Notes under the pieces: model-generated
Told to the model about the DNA's origin: nothing
The model's database searches: none
What the model saw: only the letters and a program-made list of their open reading frames with translations
Source: Phormidium sp.
Lineage (GTDB): Bacteria; Cyanobacteriota; Cyanobacteriia; Cyanobacteriales; Aerosakkonemataceae
Assembly: GCA_051013385.1 (NCBI GenBank)
Contig: CP143273.1
Coordinates: forward strand, 1,280,001 to 1,344,000
DNA: 64,000 bases
Direction: 5' to 3'
Position numbers and translations under genes: made by a program
Part shown: one piece after another, positions 8,892 through 21,559 of the stretch
Layout: each line of letters opens with the position of its first letter
Numbering within the stretch: position 1 is the stretch's first letter

Positions 8892-10367
8892 CTATTTATG
8901 CCGAATATGATCGTAAATCCCCACATATTGTGCGCCGGGATGATTCCATGAGTAGTCACATTCCATGCCTTGAATCATCAATTGGCGGAACAATTTCGGA
9001 GTTTTGTACCATAAGTCAATAGCGCGATCGATCGCCGATTCAATAGCCCCATTATCTGTCTGATAAAACACAAAACCATTGCGTTGTTTTTGGGGTTTAT
9101 TTTCGTCATAATCCCAATCAAAAACTGTGTTTACCAATCCGCCAACACCGCGAACAATTGGCACTGTGCCATATTTTAACCCAATCATTTGCGTCAGTCC
9201 GCAGGGTTCGTAATTGCTAGGGACGACAATCATATCGGCACCTGCATAAATTAAATGGGATAATTCCTCATTAAAACCCAGTTCTATGTGACAATCGGGA
9301 TTACTATCGAGGTGATTTTTTTCATGCCAAAACCAAGAATTAAGTCCCGGTTCGGTAGCTGCTCCCAATAACACGAATTGCGCCTTTTTATTTAAAGCGT
9401 AATAAATTGCATGATGGACTAAATGAACGCCTTTTTGGTCGTCTAATCTGCCGATGTAACAAATAATTGGTTTATCACAATGTTTGAGCAAAAGTCGTTC
9501 CCGGAGAGCTTTTTTATTCAGGGTTTTGCTTTTCAAATCATCGCTGCTGTAATGATAGGGAATGTAGCGATCGACCACCGGATTCCACACCTCATAATCA
9601 ATCCCATTGAGCACCCCACCAAACTTATGTTGATGATCGTACAAAGTCTTACCTAAACCGCAACCAACCTCAGTAAAACGAGCTTCCCAAGCATGGTGAG
9701 GCGAAACTGTATTCACAAAATTGGAGTAAACAATTCCACCCTTCATAAAATTGATCGCCGTTGGATGGGTATTATCCATTAAGCGATCTTCAGTAAAATA
9801 GTAAGGCTCATTATTTAATCCGGTTGCCCAAAGAACATTAGCACCTGCTACTCCTTGATGTTTAAAATTGTGAATTGTATAGGATACTCGTTGGTTTGCC
9901 ATGCCATGATATTTGTAAATTTCAAATAGCATGACTGGAACTAAACCTGTTTGCCAATCGTGGCAATGAATCACATCGGGGCGTTTATTAGTTACAAGGA
10001 GAAATTCTAAAGCCGCCTTACTGAAAAAGGCAAAGCGCAAATGATCGTCTAAACAACCGTAATAGCAACCCCGATTAAAGAAATTATCCTCCGAGAGAGG
10101 CTCGATAAAGAAGCATAACCGCCCATGTACCCAACCACAATCGACATTGCAGCGAATAGCGCCATCAAACCAAGGCACCATTAGATCGCGGTAGGCTTCA
10201 TGGATTCCCCAAATATGGTCATACCGCATACAATCGTACTTTGGCAGAATTAATTCTACCCCATGCCCCCGAATCTCTAGCTCTCTGCTGAGCCCGTAAA
10301 CTACATCGCCTAAGCCCCCTGCTTTAATCACAGGAGCGCATTCAGAGGCAATTTGTACAATGTACAT
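8892..10367 (-). CDS. glgA: Glycogen synthase
   Basis: KAGGLGDV, IHCHDWQT, PSNYEPCGLTQM and GGLVNTV motifs. Confidence 0.96.
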   Translation of the reverse strand: MYIVQIASECAPVIKAGGLGDVVYGLSRELEIRGHGVELILPKYDCMRYDHIWGIHEAYRDLMVPWFDGAIRCNVDCGWVHGRLCFFIEPLSEDNFFNRGCYYGCLDDHLRFAFFSKAALEFLLVTNKRPDVIHCHDWQTGLVPVMLFEIYKYHGMANQRVSYTIHNFKHQGVAGANVLWATGLNNEPYYFTEDRLMDNTHPTAINFMKGGIVYSNFVNTVSPHHAWEARFTEVGCGLGKTLYDHQHKFGGVLNGIDYEVWNPVVDRYIPYHYSSDDLKSKTLNKKALRERLLLKHCDKPIICYIGRLDDQKGVHLVHHAIYYALNKKAQFVLLGAATEPGLNSWFWHEKNHLDSNPDCHIELGFNEELSHLIYAGADMIVVPSNYEPCGLTQMIGLKYGTVPIVRGVGGLVNTVFDWDYDENKPQKQRNGFVFYQTDNGAIESAIDRAIDLWYKTPKLFRQLMIQGMECDYSWNHPGAQYVGIYDHIRHK

Positions 10368-10481
10368 CGTTAATCCTCACAGACTACAATCCCCGTCCTT
10401 AGAAAAGGATAATCTGTTTTGAGTACAGGAGAAAGTTTGGGGAGTTTTGAATTTTGAGTTTTGAGTTTTGAGTTAGGGAGA

Positions 10482-10553
10482 TTGTAGAGACGTTGTATAC
10501 AACGTCTCTACAAGGGTTTCAAGTAACGGATATTTAATTTCTGGAGATGTCTA
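10482..10553. repeat. Palindromic dispersed element
   Basis: Perfect palindrome ttgtagagacgttgtatacaacgtctctacaa plus a ttaatttctggagatgtcta end; inverted copy at 35132-35200. Confidence 0.8.
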
Positions 10554-10557
10554 CAGC

Positions 10558-12279
10558 TTATTCGCTAGTGCTGGCATGATTTTCAACTAATAAAAGTTGA
10601 GTACGATCGCGCTTTACCTGACAATCTAATTCTTGATTTTCATATTCATTCCCCGGAGCTTTGATTATTTTTTTTTGAGGCAATTGGGTTTCAGGGGTGC
10701 AACTGCTTAAGGGTAGATCGATCGTAAAAGTTGCCCCTTTACCTTCGCCTTCGCTTTGGGCTCTAATAGTTCCGCCATGTAATTCTACTAGGTGACGAGC
10801 GATCGCTAATCCTAAACCCAGTCCCCCATAAGGTCGGCTAATGCTGCTATTTCCTTGCCGGAAACTATCAAAAACATGAGGTAAAAATTCTGGAGTTATG
10901 CCAATACCTTGGTCAATTACTTGTAACTGAGCGTATTGATTACCTATTGATGTTTCGGTTGTTTCTCTTAATTTCAACCAGATTTCTATTGTTCCTGATT
11001 CGGAAGTAAACTTAATTGCATTAGAAAGTAAATTTGCCAGAACTTGTCTTAATCTTTCTGGATCTCCAGAAACTCTAAGCGCCTCTGGGTGTAAATAAGT
11101 TTTAATCTCTATTGACTTTTCCTCAGCTTGCAGGCGTGCTGTTTCTATAGTTACTTCAATTAAATTCTGTAAATTCACAGGTTGAAGCGATAACCGCAAA
11201 TTGCCTTGAATAATCTGCGAAACATCGAGAATATCATTAACTAACCGAGCTTGAGATCTGGCATTGCGTTCTATTGTTTCTAAAGCTTTTATTCTCGTTG
11301 ATTCATCAAATTTTTTCGTAACTAACAACCGCGACCAACCTAAAATTGAGTTTAATGGGGTGCGGAGTTCATGAGAAAGAATTGCTAAAAATTCATCTTT
11401 CATCCGGTTAGCTTCTTCCGCTTGCTGTCTGGCAGCGTGTTCCCGGATAAATTGTTCCCGTACTGCTTCCGCTTGTTTGCGTTCTGTAATGTCTTCAATT
11501 GTGCCCACATGACCTAACAATGTGCCACTATCGGAAAGCATCGGTGCGGTGCGAATATGTACCCAACCCAGGGATTTATCATGTTGATAAATGCGAAATT
11601 CTCCCGAATATGGTTGTCCTTGGCAAATAGAATTAGCCCATTCAATTAATAAGATATCTCTGTCTTCTGGTAAAGTCAGATTGGCAAATTCTCCACACCA
11701 ACTTTCCGCAGTAATAAAACCACAAATTGCTTGAAATCTAGGGTTACTATAGGTACATCTTCCCTGTGTATCAGTGAGAAATATGCCTACTGGAGAACAA
11801 GCGCTCAAGGTACGAAATCTCTCTTCGCTTTGTTTAAGTTCGGCATTCATTGCTGCTAGTTGTGCTGCTTGGTGTTGGACTTCTACATTTTTTTTGAATA
11901 GGTCAACAAATACGGATACTTTAGAATTTAATATAACTGGATCGATCGGTTTTAATAAATAATCTACTGCTCCTAAAGAATAACCTTTAAACATTAAGTT
12001 ATCGCTGCTACTAAAAGCTGTCAGGAAAATAATTGGTGTGTTGCGTGACCTTTCCCTTTGGCGAATCAAAGTAGCAGTTTCAAAACCATCCATTCCGGGC
12101 ATTTGTACATCTAACAAAATTACTGCAAAATCTTGATTCAGTAAACATCGTAAAGCTTCTGCGCCTGAACCTGCTTTGACTAAATTTTGCCCAAGTCCAT
12201 CTAATACTGCTTCTAATGCAATTAGATTTTCTGGGTGATCGTCTACTAACAGAACGTTTACTTTAGGTTCAAATTCCAT
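10558..12279 (-). CDS. Hybrid sensor histidine kinase (REC-PAS-HisKA-HATPase)
   Basis: VLLVDD...ILLDVQMP receiver, [34 protein letters not shown]. Confidence 0.93.
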   Translation of the reverse strand: MEFEPKVNVLLVDDHPENLIALEAVLDGLGQNLVKAGSGAEALRCLLNQDFAVILLDVQMPGMDGFETATLIRQRERSRNTPIIFLTAFSSSDNLMFKGYSLGAVDYLLKPIDPVILNSKVSVFVDLFKKNVEVQHQAAQLAAMNAELKQSEERFRTLSACSPVGIFLTDTQGRCTYSNPRFQAICGFITAESWCGEFANLTLPEDRDILLIEWANSICQGQPYSGEFRIYQHDKSLGWVHIRTAPMLSDSGTLLGHVGTIEDITERKQAEAVREQFIREHAARQQAEEANRMKDEFLAILSHELRTPLNSILGWSRLLVTKKFDESTRIKALETIERNARSQARLVNDILDVSQIIQGNLRLSLQPVNLQNLIEVTIETARLQAEEKSIEIKTYLHPEALRVSGDPERLRQVLANLLSNAIKFTSESGTIEIWLKLRETTETSIGNQYAQLQVIDQGIGITPEFLPHVFDSFRQGNSSISRPYGGLGLGLAIARHLVELHGGTIRAQSEGEGKGATFTIDLPLSSCTPETQLPQKKIIKAPGNEYENQELDCQVKRDRTQLLLVENHASTSE

Positions 12280-12361
12280 ATACTTATTTCAACTGGGTAA
12301 GATGGCATATTTTTGGGGCTGGGAAAGATGAATTTTGAGTTAGCCGCGAGCGATTTTCCGT

Positions 12362-12937
12362 TCAAATTACCACTTGAGATTTGATTTGGGAACTTAGAAA
12401 AGGAGCTATTTCAGCTAAAGGTAAAATTTGCGGCATTTTTACTGCTTTAATCGCTGCTTCTGGCATAACTGGACATTCGGCTGTGGCTGGGTTTTGGACA
12501 ATTACTGTTCCTCCGTAAGCTTGAATTTTGGCTAATCCTTTGGCACCATCACTACTAGCTCCTGTTAAAATTATACCGATAACTTGCCGATCGTAAGCAT
12601 CAGCAGCCGACTCAAATAAAACATCAATTGATGGTCTAGCATAAGTGACGGGGGCATCTGTGGAAAGAGCAAAATAACCAGGTTCTACTAATAAATGATA
12701 GTCGGCTGGAGCTAAGAAAACTATTCCGGGAGTAATTGGTTGTTTGTCTTCTGCTTCTTTCACAGGTAAGAAACTAGTTTCTTGTAAATAGGTAATTAAT
12801 TCCCCATCAGAAGATTTATGACGATGTTGGGCGATCGCCACTGCCACAGGCAAATTTTTCGGTAATTGTGATAAAATTACCTCCAAAGCATTTAATCCGC
12901 CCAAAGATGCACCTATAACTACTATTTTAAAATCCAT
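12362..12937 (-). CDS. cheB: CheB-type methylesterase (stand-alone)
   Basis: IGASLGG, AQH, RPSIDVLFES and ILTGASSDG catalytic motifs. Confidence 0.88.
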   Translation of the reverse strand: MDFKIVVIGASLGGLNALEVILSQLPKNLPVAVAIAQHRHKSSDGELITYLQETSFLPVKEAEDKQPITPGIVFLAPADYHLLVEPGYFALSTDAPVTYARPSIDVLFESAADAYDRQVIGIILTGASSDGAKGLAKIQAYGGTVIVQNPATAECPVMPEAAIKAVKMPQILPLAEIAPFLSSQIKSQVVI

Positions 12938-13770
12938 TAAGCGATCCTCCGGTAGATTTTTTCCTGACTATCTAACTCTTCATAATACTTTTCGTGAACC
13001 GTCGTTCTGAGTGTTTCATGTTTTCCTAATCCTAAAATGCCAAACCTGCGTAAGCTTTCGTATAGTAACTGATGTACTCGTTCTTGGAGGGTGCGATTAA
13101 AGTAAATTAAAACATTTCGGCAGAGAATTACATTAAATTCATTAAAAGAAGCGTCTGTGACTAAGTTATGGGGGGAAAAGACAATGTTTTCTCTTAAAAA
13201 AGAACGAATTATTGCGCCATCATAAGCGGCTGTATAATACTCGGAGAAATCACTTTTACCACCTGCCTGAAGATAGAGTTGGGTGTATTCTTTCATTAAA
13301 TCTAGAGGAATAATACCCGCTTTGGCTTTACGAAGTACAGCTTCATTCATATCTGTGGCGTAGATGCGACAACGGTGATATAGTCCTTCTTCAAACATGA
13401 GGATTGCTATAGAATAAACCTCCTCACCTGTAGAACAACCAGCGTGCCAAATCCGAATAAAAGGATAAGTTCGTAGTAAAGGAATTGCCTTATCTCTAAA
13501 GGCAACATAAAAACTCGGATCGCGGAACATTGAGGTGACATTTACCGACAAACCTAATAGAAACCGTTCCATACAAGCAGGATCGTGTAACACCTTTTCT
13601 TGTAATCCTGAGACGGTGTGCAGCTTTTCGGCTTGTATTATGTTCCAGATTCGACGTTTTAAGGATGCCATAGCGTAGTTACGAAAATCAAAACCATAGT
13701 AAAGATAAATGCCTTCGAGTAATAATTTAATTTCAATGTCTTCCAACTCATTTGGGTGTTTAGGGGACAT
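12937..13770 (-). CDS. cheR: CheR-type protein-glutamate O-methyltransferase
   Basis: VTSMFRDP, IWHAGCSTGEEVYS, ILCRNVLIYF. Confidence 0.92.
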   Translation of the reverse strand: MSPKHPNELEDIEIKLLLEGIYLYYGFDFRNYAMASLKRRIWNIIQAEKLHTVSGLQEKVLHDPACMERFLLGLSVNVTSMFRDPSFYVAFRDKAIPLLRTYPFIRIWHAGCSTGEEVYSIAILMFEEGLYHRCRIYATDMNEAVLRKAKAGIIPLDLMKEYTQLYLQAGGKSDFSEYYTAAYDGAIIRSFLRENIVFSPHNLVTDASFNEFNVILCRNVLIYFNRTLQERVHQLLYESLRRFGILGLGKHETLRTTVHEKYYEELDSQEKIYRRIA

Positions 13771-13843
13771 ATAACTGGGAAAAAAGATCGAGTAGGAAAT
13801 TTTCTATCTACCTTTCTTACTTTATCTTTATTTCCCTTAGTTG

Positions 13844-16800
13844 CTATCGATACAACCATACCCGTAATAACGAGATTAATTGGTCGTTATCGACGGGTTT
13901 GGTAATGTAATCTGAAGCACCTGCTTCGATACATTTTTCCCGATCGCCTTTCATTGCTTTGGCAGTTAAAGCAATCATCGGTAAATTTTGGAATTGTTCA
14001 ATTTGCCTTATTGCTTGCATAGTTTCATAACCATCCATTTCTGGCATCATGATATCCATTAGGATTAAGTCAATGTCTGGGTGATTTTGTAAGACGGAAA
14101 TTCCATCCCTACCGTTTTCGGCATAAAGTACTTGCATTTGATGACTTTCCAACATACTGGTGAGGGCGAAAATATTCCGCACGTCATCATCAACAATTAA
14201 AATTTTTTTCCCTGCTAAAATAGGTTCATTTTGTTGTAATTGTTCCAGCATTAATCGTTTGGGTGCTGGTAAATTAGCTTGTACCCGATGCAGGAATAAG
14301 GCAGTTTCATCTAACAACCGTTCTGGCGATCGCACTCCCTTAACAATAATCGTGTCAGAAATGCGGCGCAATTCGGTTTCTTCTTGGTTAGAAAGTTCTT
14401 TTCCGGTATAAACAATGATGGGTAAATTACCTAAATTTGGTTCTTGTTTGATTTGTTCAATTAGTTGTAACCCAGTCATATCTGGTAATCCCAAATCTAG
14501 CACCACACAATCAAACTGCCCTGATTTAAGTGTAGTTAAAGCTTCTGCACCCGTAGCGACACCAGTGCTAACGACATCACTATTACCGATTAATTCGATA
14601 ATGCTTTGGCGTTGAATTTGGTCATCTTCTACGATTAGTAAATTCTTGACTGGACGTTCGACAAATTCTTTAATTTTGGCAAAAGCATTACCCAGTGCTT
14701 CGCTACTAATTGGTTTTTGTAAATAAGCGAGTGCTCCTTGTTGTAAACTCCGATGTTTCCCTTCTTCCACTGACATAATATGTACGGGAATATGGCGGGT
14801 ATTGGGGTCATGTTTTAAGCGATCGAGCACCGTCCAACCATCCATAATTGGCAGACGAATATCGAGGATAATAGCTGTTGGTTTGAATTCCCTCGCCATC
14901 GCTAAACCTTGATCGCCTCGGGTTGCTACTAATGCTTTAAAACCTTGTTCTTTGACCATATCTCGTAAAATTTTGGCAAATTTCAGGTCATCTTCCACTA
15001 TTAGCAGAGTGCGATCCCCAGGCTGGATTTGATCGCGATCGTCCTCAATTTCTCGCACCTCTATATTTACAACTGGAGGTTGAGAATTACTCAATTTTTC
15101 CCCGCTTCCATTATTTTTTGCAGTGAGAGAAACTAAGGGAGTAGTTTCTTCCTTATTCTTTCGATCTTCACCATCTCGTCGATTTTTTACTCCCTCTTGA
15201 GATAGGTATGTTTGCGGCAGATAAAGTGTGAAGGTACTACCCTTGCCAACTTCACTGCTCAGCTTGATTTCGCCACCCAATAACCGGGCAATTTCTCGAC
15301 TTATTGATAATCCTAAACCCGTTCCGCCATACTTCCGACTCGTAGTACCGTCTGCTTGTTGGAAAGCTTCAAAAATGATTTGTTGTTTTTCCGGGGGAAT
15401 GCCAATTCCGGTGTCTGTCACGGCAAAAGCAATTACCATGTTGGCATGGTTAAGATTTGACTGTTCGGGACTCCAACCTTGAGTTGCTACTCTTACATTT
15501 ACGGTAACTTGACCTCTTTCGGTAAACTTAAAGGCGTTAGCTAAGAGGTTTTTCAATATTTGTTGGAGTCGCTTAGAATCGGTGTAAATTGCTCTCGGTA
15601 ATCCTGAGTCAAATTGCAGGTTAAAGTCGAGTTTTTTATCTTGCGCTACTTGGCGAAAATTCCTTTCAACGTGACTTTGTAAATCGACAAATAATGTCTG
15701 GTCTACTTCAACGGACATTGTGCCAGACTCAATTTTGGCTAAGTCGAGAATATCGTTAATTAATCCCAACAAATCGTTACCAGCTGAATAAATTGTCCGG
15801 GCATATTCAACTTGTTTTTCCGAAAGATTGCGATCGCTGTTGTCGGTTAACAGTCGGGCTAAAATTAACAAACTGTTCAACGGTGTCCGTAATTCGTGAG
15901 ACATATTTGCCAAGAATTCGGACTTGTAGCGCGAGGTCAAAGCTAATTGTTCGGCTTTTTCTTCTAAGGAAATTCTCGCTTGTTCAATTTCCCGGTTCTT
16001 CCGTTCCACTTCCCGTTTTTGGACTGCTAACAATTCGGCTTTTTCTTCTAATTCTTCATTAGTTTGTTGCAGTTGTTCTTGTTGGCGCTTGAGTAATTCT
16101 TCGGAAGCTTGGAGAGTTTTCGCTTGTTGTTCGAGACGTTGGTTAGTTTCGGTGAGTTCTTTTTGTTGACTGCGTAGTTCTTCCGCCAAAGATTGCGATT
16201 GTTTCAGCAATTCTTCTGTCCGCATACTGGCGGCGATCGTATTTAGCACTATAGCAATACTCTCCGTGAGTTGGTCGAAGAAAGTTAAGTGAATTTCGCT
16301 AAAGCGGCGGAAAGATGCCAGTTCAATTACTGCGGTAACTTGTCCCTCAAACAACACGGGTAAAACTACCGCATTTAACGGCGGTGATTCACCCAAACCG
16401 GAACTTATCTTAATGTAATCTCCGGGAACTTCCGTGATTAAAATCCGTTCTTTTTCTAGGGCACATTGTCCGACTAAACCTTCACCTAAATGGAAACGGT
16501 TAGCTAATTTCTTGCGTTCCCGATAAGCGTAAGTGCTGAGTAATTTTAAGAACGGGTTGTGATTTTCGCCATTTTCCATCAAGTAGAATACGCCATGTTG
16601 AGCGGAAACTAACGGCGCGAGTTCCGATAAAATCAGTTTGGAAACTGTTTCCAAATCTCGTTGACCTTGCAACATTCTGGTAAATTTGGCGAGATTTGTT
16701 TTTAACCAGTCTTGTTCGGTATTCTTTTGGGTAGTTTCGCGCAAGTTGGCGATCATTTGGTTGATGTTATCTTTCAAGGCGGCGACTTCACCTTGCGCTT

Positions 16801-19800
16801 CCACTGCAATAGAACGAGTCAAGTCACCTTTTGTTACTGCTGTGGCAACTTCTGCGATCGCTCTCACCTGCGTAGTAAGATTAGCTGCAAGTTCGTTCAC
16901 GTTGTCCGTTAACGCCCGCCACGTTCCCGAAGCGCCAGGTACTTTCGCCTGTCCCCCCAGTTTTCCTTCTATTCCCACTTCTCGCGCAACTGTAGTAACT
17001 TGATCTGCAAAAGTCGCCAACGTATCGATCATTTCGTTGATCGTATCCGCCAGAGTTTCAATTTCTCCCTTCGCCTCTAGCATTAACTTCCGTTTCAAGT
17101 CGCCATTCGCCACCGCCGTCACGACTTTGGCGATACCCCGAACTTGGGCGGTTAAATTTCCCGCCATCGAATTCACGCTATCCGTTAAGTCTTTCCAAGT
17201 TCCGGCAACTCCTTTTACATCCGCTTGTCCGCCCAAAATTCCGTCCGTTCCCACTTCCCTCGCTACCCGCGTTACCTCCGACGCGAACGAGTTAAGTTGA
17301 TCCACCATCACGTTGATCGTGTTTTTCAGATCGAGAATTTCCCCTTTCACATCAACGGTAATTTTCTTCGACAAGTCGCCATTCGCCACCGCCTTTGTCA
17401 CTTCCGCGATGTTCCTCACTTGGGCGGTTAAATTTCCCGCCATCGAGTTTACATTGTCCGTGAGGTCTTTCCAAATTCCCGCCACCCCTCGCACATAAGC
17501 TTGAACTCCCAGTTTTCCTTCGCTTCCCACTTCTCTAGCAACTCTTGTTACTTCCGACGCAAAGGCGGAAAGTTGATCCACCATCGTATTAATAGTGTTT
17601 TTCAACTCTAAAATTTCGCCTTTCACATCAACGGTAATTTTCTTCGACAAGTCGCCATTCGCCACCGCCGTTGTCACTTCGGCGATGTTCCGAACTTGGG
17701 CGGTAAGACTACTTGCCATGAAGTTCACGCTGTCAGTTAAATCTTTCCAAGTTCCCGCAACTCCCCGAACTTCTGCTTGAACTCCCAGTTTTCCTTCCGT
17801 TCCGACTTCCCTCGCAACTCTCGTTACTTCCGAAGCAAAGGAGTTAAGTTGATCCACCATTGTATTGACGGTGTTTTTCAACTCTAAAATTTCCCCTTTC
17901 ACATCAACGGTAATTTTCTTGGATAAGTCGCCGTTCGCTACCGCCGTCGTCACCGCTGCGATGTTCCGAACTTGGGCGGTTAAACTTCCCGCCATGAAGT
18001 TTACGCTATCAGTTAAGTCTTTCCAAGATCCCGCAACGCCGCGAACATCTGCTTGTACTCCGAGTTTCCCTTCGCTTCCTACTTCCCTAGCAACTTTGGT
18101 GACTTCGGAAACAAATCCCGAAAGTTGATCGACCATTGTATTAACGGTGTTTTTCAACTCCAGAATTTCGCCTTTAACTGCTACAGTAATTTTCTTAGAA
18201 AGGTCGCCTTTTGCGATCGCAGTTGCCACCTCAGCAATGTTCCTCACTTGCGCGGTTAAATTTCCCGCCATCGAGTTCACGTTATCTGTTAAGTCTTTCC
18301 AAGTTCCCGCAACTCCCTTAACTTCCGCTTGAACTCCCAGTTTTCCTTCCGTTCCGACTTCTCTCGCTACCCTTGTTACTTCCGATGCAAAGGAACTTAA
18401 CTGATCCACCATTGTATTTATGGTGTTTTTCAGTTCGAGAATTTCACCTTTAACATCTACTGTAATTTTCTTAGATAAGTCACCACCTGCGATCGCAGTC
18501 GCAACTTCCGCAATGTTCCGAACTTGCGCGGTTAAATTATCCGCCATCGAGTTGACGTTATCCGTTAAGTCTTTCCAAGTTCCCGCAACTCCCTTAACTT
18601 CCGCTTGAACTCCCAGTTTTCCTTCCGTTCCCACTTCCCTGGCAACTCTCGTTACTTCCGATGCAAAGGAGTTAAGTTGATCCACCATGACGTTAATAGT
18701 GTTCTTCAACTCCAAAATTTCGCCTTTCACATCAACAGTAATTTTCTTGGAAAGATTGCCATTTGCTACCGCCGTTGTCACTTCCGCAATGTTCCGAACT
18801 TGGGCGGTTAAACTTCCCGCCATAAAATTCACACTATCAGTTAAATCTTTCCAAGTTCCCGCAACTCCCGGAACTTGCGCTTGTCCCCCCAGTTTCCCTT
18901 CTGCGCCAACTTCCCTCGCTACCCGCGTTACTTCCGAAGCGAAGGAGTTAAGCTGATCCACCATTATATTAATAGTGCTCTTTAACTCGAAAATTTCCCC
19001 TTTAACATCAACTGTAATTTTCTTAGAAAGGTCGCCGTTTGCTACCGCCGTTGTCACTTCTGCAATGTTCCGAACTTGGGCGGTTAAATTTCCCGCCATC
19101 GAGTTTACCGAGTCCGTCAAATCTTTCCAAGTCCCCGCAACTCCTTTAACTTCCGCTTGAACTCCCAGTTTTCCTTCCGTTCCCACTTCTCGCGCAACTC
19201 TGGTAACTTCACTCGCAAAGGAGTTAAGTTGATCCACCATGACGTTGATCGTATTTTTTAGTTCTAAAATCTCGCCTTTAACATTAACTGTAATTTTCTT
19301 GGAAAGGTCGCCGTTTGCTACCGCCGTTGTCACTTCCGCAATGTTCCGAACTTGGGCGGTTAAGTTTCCCGCCATCGAGTTTACCGAGTCCGTTAAATCT
19401 TTCCAAGTTCCGGCCACTCCCCGAACTTCTGCTTGAACTCCCAGTTTTCCTTCCGTTCCCACTTCCCTGGCAACTCTGGTAACTTCACCCGCAAAGGAGT
19501 TAAGTTGTTCTACCATTGTGTTAACGATTTGGGCAGTTTGGAGAAACTCTCCGCGCAAAGGTCGATTTTCGATTTCTGTAGGAATTGTTTGGGATAAGTC
19601 GCCGTTAGCAACTGCGCGAATTACTCTAGCAGTTTCAGCTGTCGGTTGTACTAAGTCGGTGATTAAAGTATTGAGTGATTCGATCGAACTTTTCCAAGCA
19701 CCTTTAACACTCCCGCCCAAAGAGGCACGTTCGTAAATTTTCCCATCTTTGCCGACGACATTGCTAATGCGATCGAGTTCCGCCGCCATGCGTTCGTTCA

Positions 19801-19963
19801 TGTCAATAATATCATTGAGAGTGTCGGCAATTTTCCCCGCCATGCCTGTTTGGTCGATCGGCATTCGCGCCCCGAAGTTGCCTTTTTTGACTTCGGTTAA
19901 TGTTCTTAACAGTTGCTTGAGGTCAAGTTCATCGCTATCTATAGTTGCTTGTGCCGTTGCCAT
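13844..19963 (-). CDS. Poly-HAMP hybrid histidine kinase (HAMP repeats-GAF-HisKA-HATPase-3xREC)
   Basis: About 11 repeats of 92 aa (..[14 protein letters not shown]..), [23 protein letters not shown], three receiver domains; no TM segments. Confidence 0.95.
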   Translation of the reverse strand: MATAQATIDSDELDLKQLLRTLTEVKKGNFGARMPIDQTGMAGKIADTLNDIIDMNERMAAELDRISNVVGKDGKIYERASLGGSVKGAWKSSIESLNTLITDLVQPTAETARVIRAVANGDLSQTIPTEIENRPLRGEFLQTAQIVNTMVEQLNSFAGEVTRVAREVGTEGKLGVQAEVRGVAGTWKDLTDSVNSMAGNLTAQVRNIAEVTTAVANGDLSKKITVNVKGEILELKNTINVMVDQLNSFASEVTRVAREVGTEGKLGVQAEVKGVAGTWKDLTDSVNSMAGNLTAQVRNIAEVTTAVANGDLSKKITVDVKGEIFELKSTINIMVDQLNSFASEVTRVAREVGAEGKLGGQAQVPGVAGTWKDLTDSVNFMAGSLTAQVRNIAEVTTAVANGNLSKKITVDVKGEILELKNTINVMVDQLNSFASEVTRVAREVGTEGKLGVQAEVKGVAGTWKDLTDNVNSMADNLTAQVRNIAEVATAIAGGDLSKKITVDVKGEILELKNTINTMVDQLSSFASEVTRVAREVGTEGKLGVQAEVKGVAGTWKDLTDNVNSMAGNLTAQVRNIAEVATAIAKGDLSKKITVAVKGEILELKNTVNTMVDQLSGFVSEVTKVAREVGSEGKLGVQADVRGVAGSWKDLTDSVNFMAGSLTAQVRNIAAVTTAVANGDLSKKITVDVKGEILELKNTVNTMVDQLNSFASEVTRVAREVGTEGKLGVQAEVRGVAGTWKDLTDSVNFMASSLTAQVRNIAEVTTAVANGDLSKKITVDVKGEILELKNTINTMVDQLSAFASEVTRVAREVGSEGKLGVQAYVRGVAGIWKDLTDNVNSMAGNLTAQVRNIAEVTKAVANGDLSKKITVDVKGEILDLKNTINVMVDQLNSFASEVTRVAREVGTDGILGGQADVKGVAGTWKDLTDSVNSMAGNLTAQVRGIAKVVTAVANGDLKRKLMLEAKGEIETLADTINEMIDTLATFADQVTTVAREVGIEGKLGGQAKVPGASGTWRALTDNVNELAANLTTQVRAIAEVATAVTKGDLTRSIAVEAQGEVAALKDNINQMIANLRETTQKNTEQDWLKTNLAKFTRMLQGQRDLETVSKLILSELAPLVSAQHGVFYLMENGENHNPFLKLLSTYAYRERKKLANRFHLGEGLVGQCALEKERILITEVPGDYIKISSGLGESPPLNAVVLPVLFEGQVTAVIELASFRRFSEIHLTFFDQLTESIAIVLNTIAASMRTEELLKQSQSLAEELRSQQKELTETNQRLEQQAKTLQASEELLKRQQEQLQQTNEELEEKAELLAVQKREVERKNREIEQARISLEEKAEQLALTSRYKSEFLANMSHELRTPLNSLLILARLLTDNSDRNLSEKQVEYARTIYSAGNDLLGLINDILDLAKIESGTMSVEVDQTLFVDLQSHVERNFRQVAQDKKLDFNLQFDSGLPRAIYTDSKRLQQILKNLLANAFKFTERGQVTVNVRVATQGWSPEQSNLNHANMVIAFAVTDTGIGIPPEKQQIIFEAFQQADGTTSRKYGGTGLGLSISREIARLLGGEIKLSSEVGKGSTFTLYLPQTYLSQEGVKNRRDGEDRKNKEETTPLVSLTAKNNGSGEKLSNSQPPVVNIEVREIEDDRDQIQPGDRTLLIVEDDLKFAKILRDMVKEQGFKALVATRGDQGLAMAREFKPTAIILDIRLPIMDGWTVLDRLKHDPNTRHIPVHIMSVEEGKHRSLQQGALAYLQKPISSEALGNAFAKIKEFVERPVKNLLIVEDDQIQRQSIIELIGNSDVVSTGVATGAEALTTLKSGQFDCVVLDLGLPDMTGLQLIEQIKQEPNLGNLPIIVYTGKELSNQEETELRRISDTIIVKGVRSPERLLDETALFLHRVQANLPAPKRLMLEQLQQNEPILAGKKILIVDDDVRNIFALTSMLESHQMQVLYAENGRDGISVLQNHPDIDLILMDIMMPEMDGYETMQAIRQIEQFQNLPMIALTAKAMKGDREKCIEAGASDYITKPVDNDQLISLLRVWLYR

Positions 19964-20087
19964 AGTCTTTTCTTTAATCTGTGCTTTTATTTATGGTTAT
20001 TCCTTTAGACTTCCGTCTTCTTGCAGTAGCGAAAGCGCCAAAGTTACATCTGGCACAATTATCCAGCGCAATCCGGGATCAATGCTC

Positions 20088-20103
20088 TCTATCTCAGGGT
20101 AGA
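20088..20103. promoter_or_regulatory. Palindromic candidate activator site upstream of the kinase operon
   Basis: TCTATC-TCAG-GGTAGA; a GATAAT -10-like hexamer lies 24 nt downstream on the minus strand. Confidence 0.4.
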
Positions 20104-20184
20104 TGTAGGATCTCTTCTTAAATTTTTGTTACTAATGGTGGCAATTGTCACTAAAAATGTAACTAGATCGCGGTAGGTAACTCT

Positions 20185-20691
20185 TCAAAATCTCACCAAA
20201 GATAGAACTCTGTGGACTTCATTTTCTGTGGCAGAGATCGGTAAAGCAGCATCTAATTTCCCTGCCGGATCGCCAGGTCGAATAAACCCAGCATTTACCT
20301 TAGCTCCTAACATTAAAGTAAATGGATTAGAATAAACTCCAGAACCGTGCATTTGGATCGCTAAATCGAATTGTTCTGCTTGCATTTCTTGAAAAAATGC
20401 CACAACTTTTCGAGGGTCAAAAAACTGTTCTGCCATCCCTAAAAAGCCGGGGAAAGGAATGAAGCGATCGATCTGTGGCGATCGTGCAACTAACTGGGCC
20501 ACAAAAGGCATAGCAATTAAACTAATCTCCGCCAAAGGTAAAGCATTTCTAATAGCCCGAAAAGCCGGAGTAGCACAAACAAAATCACCAATTCGAGAGG
20601 CCCGAACTAAAGCAATTTTGCGCGGAGTTTCCGGTAAACGAAATAGTAGCCCAGGTAAATCATTAGATATGCTAAAGAAAATAGCAACCAA
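20185..20691 (-). pseudogene. Glycosyltransferase family 9, N-terminal half only
   Basis: RASRIGDFVCATP and FDLAIQMHGSG parallel the intact GT9 at 29953-31029; ends after 168 aa. Confidence 0.8.
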
Positions 20692-20845
20692 AGCCGGAGA
20701 AAAATTTAACTATTTTTCCCCGGTTTTCGTAATGAAGATTAAAAAAACGCTACAACCGGAGTCAACATAAATTAATTTAAGCTAAAATTAAGCCGATTAA
20801 CTTTAAATCTATGGTTAAACTATTTGAGGAGTTAGACAAAATATT

Positions 20846-21559
20846 ATGTTCGAGCAAGGTTTACAAAGAGTAGTTAATCGCCTCAATGCTAATTTATCTC
20901 GTGACTCATTAGTACAGAAAACCACAAATGATTTAAGAGAATTTCTTCAGGTCGATCGAGTAGTTTTATATTACGATGCGGCTCAAGTTATTGACGCTGC
21001 ACGAACTACTATTGTTGCTATTGAGAAAGGAGAACGTCGCCTTAAACCAAAAGAGTTAATTAAACTGGCTCGTGCTTATGGAAAGGCTGTTAGTGACTTT
21101 GTTAGACCTAGCCCTGTAATTGAGCCTTTTGAAGTTCAATTTCGAGCAGTTTATCGGCGGACTGATGAGGAAGAAGCGCAGATTAATCCGATTATTTTGC
21201 GGTTAGAAGAGTTGTGCCGCAACTATTTGGAACTTGAGAAAATTATGGATGCTCCTCTTCCTCGGAATTACCCTCAAGAGTATGAGGTAACGAATATGCC
21301 GATCGCAACTGCCGCCGAAAGTATTGCTATTGCAGAACGTCAACGTTTAGGACTTGGTGATGGCCCGATTCCGGTTCTTCGAGACGTTTTAGAACAAAGT
21401 GTTGGACTGCGTATTTTTTACTTACAAATGCCATCTAAATATTCGGGGATATACAGCTACGATGAACAAATTGGCGGCTGTATAGCTATTAATGCCAACC
21501 ACCCAGAGGAGCGACGACGTTGGTCGCTGGCTCACGAATATCTTCACTTTCTTGTGTGA
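20846..21559 (+). pseudogene. Chimera: GAF N-terminus fused to a partial XRE-HTH/ImmA-IrrE metallopeptidase
   Basis: REFLQVDRVVLYY (GAF start) joined at ~20975 to DAAQVIDAARTTIVAIEKGERR (HTH); ends right after RRWSLAHEYLH. Confidence 0.7.

Noticed and set aside
16686..20102. Series of similar + strand ORFs
   Set aside because: Antisense shadows of the HAMP repeats of the kinase
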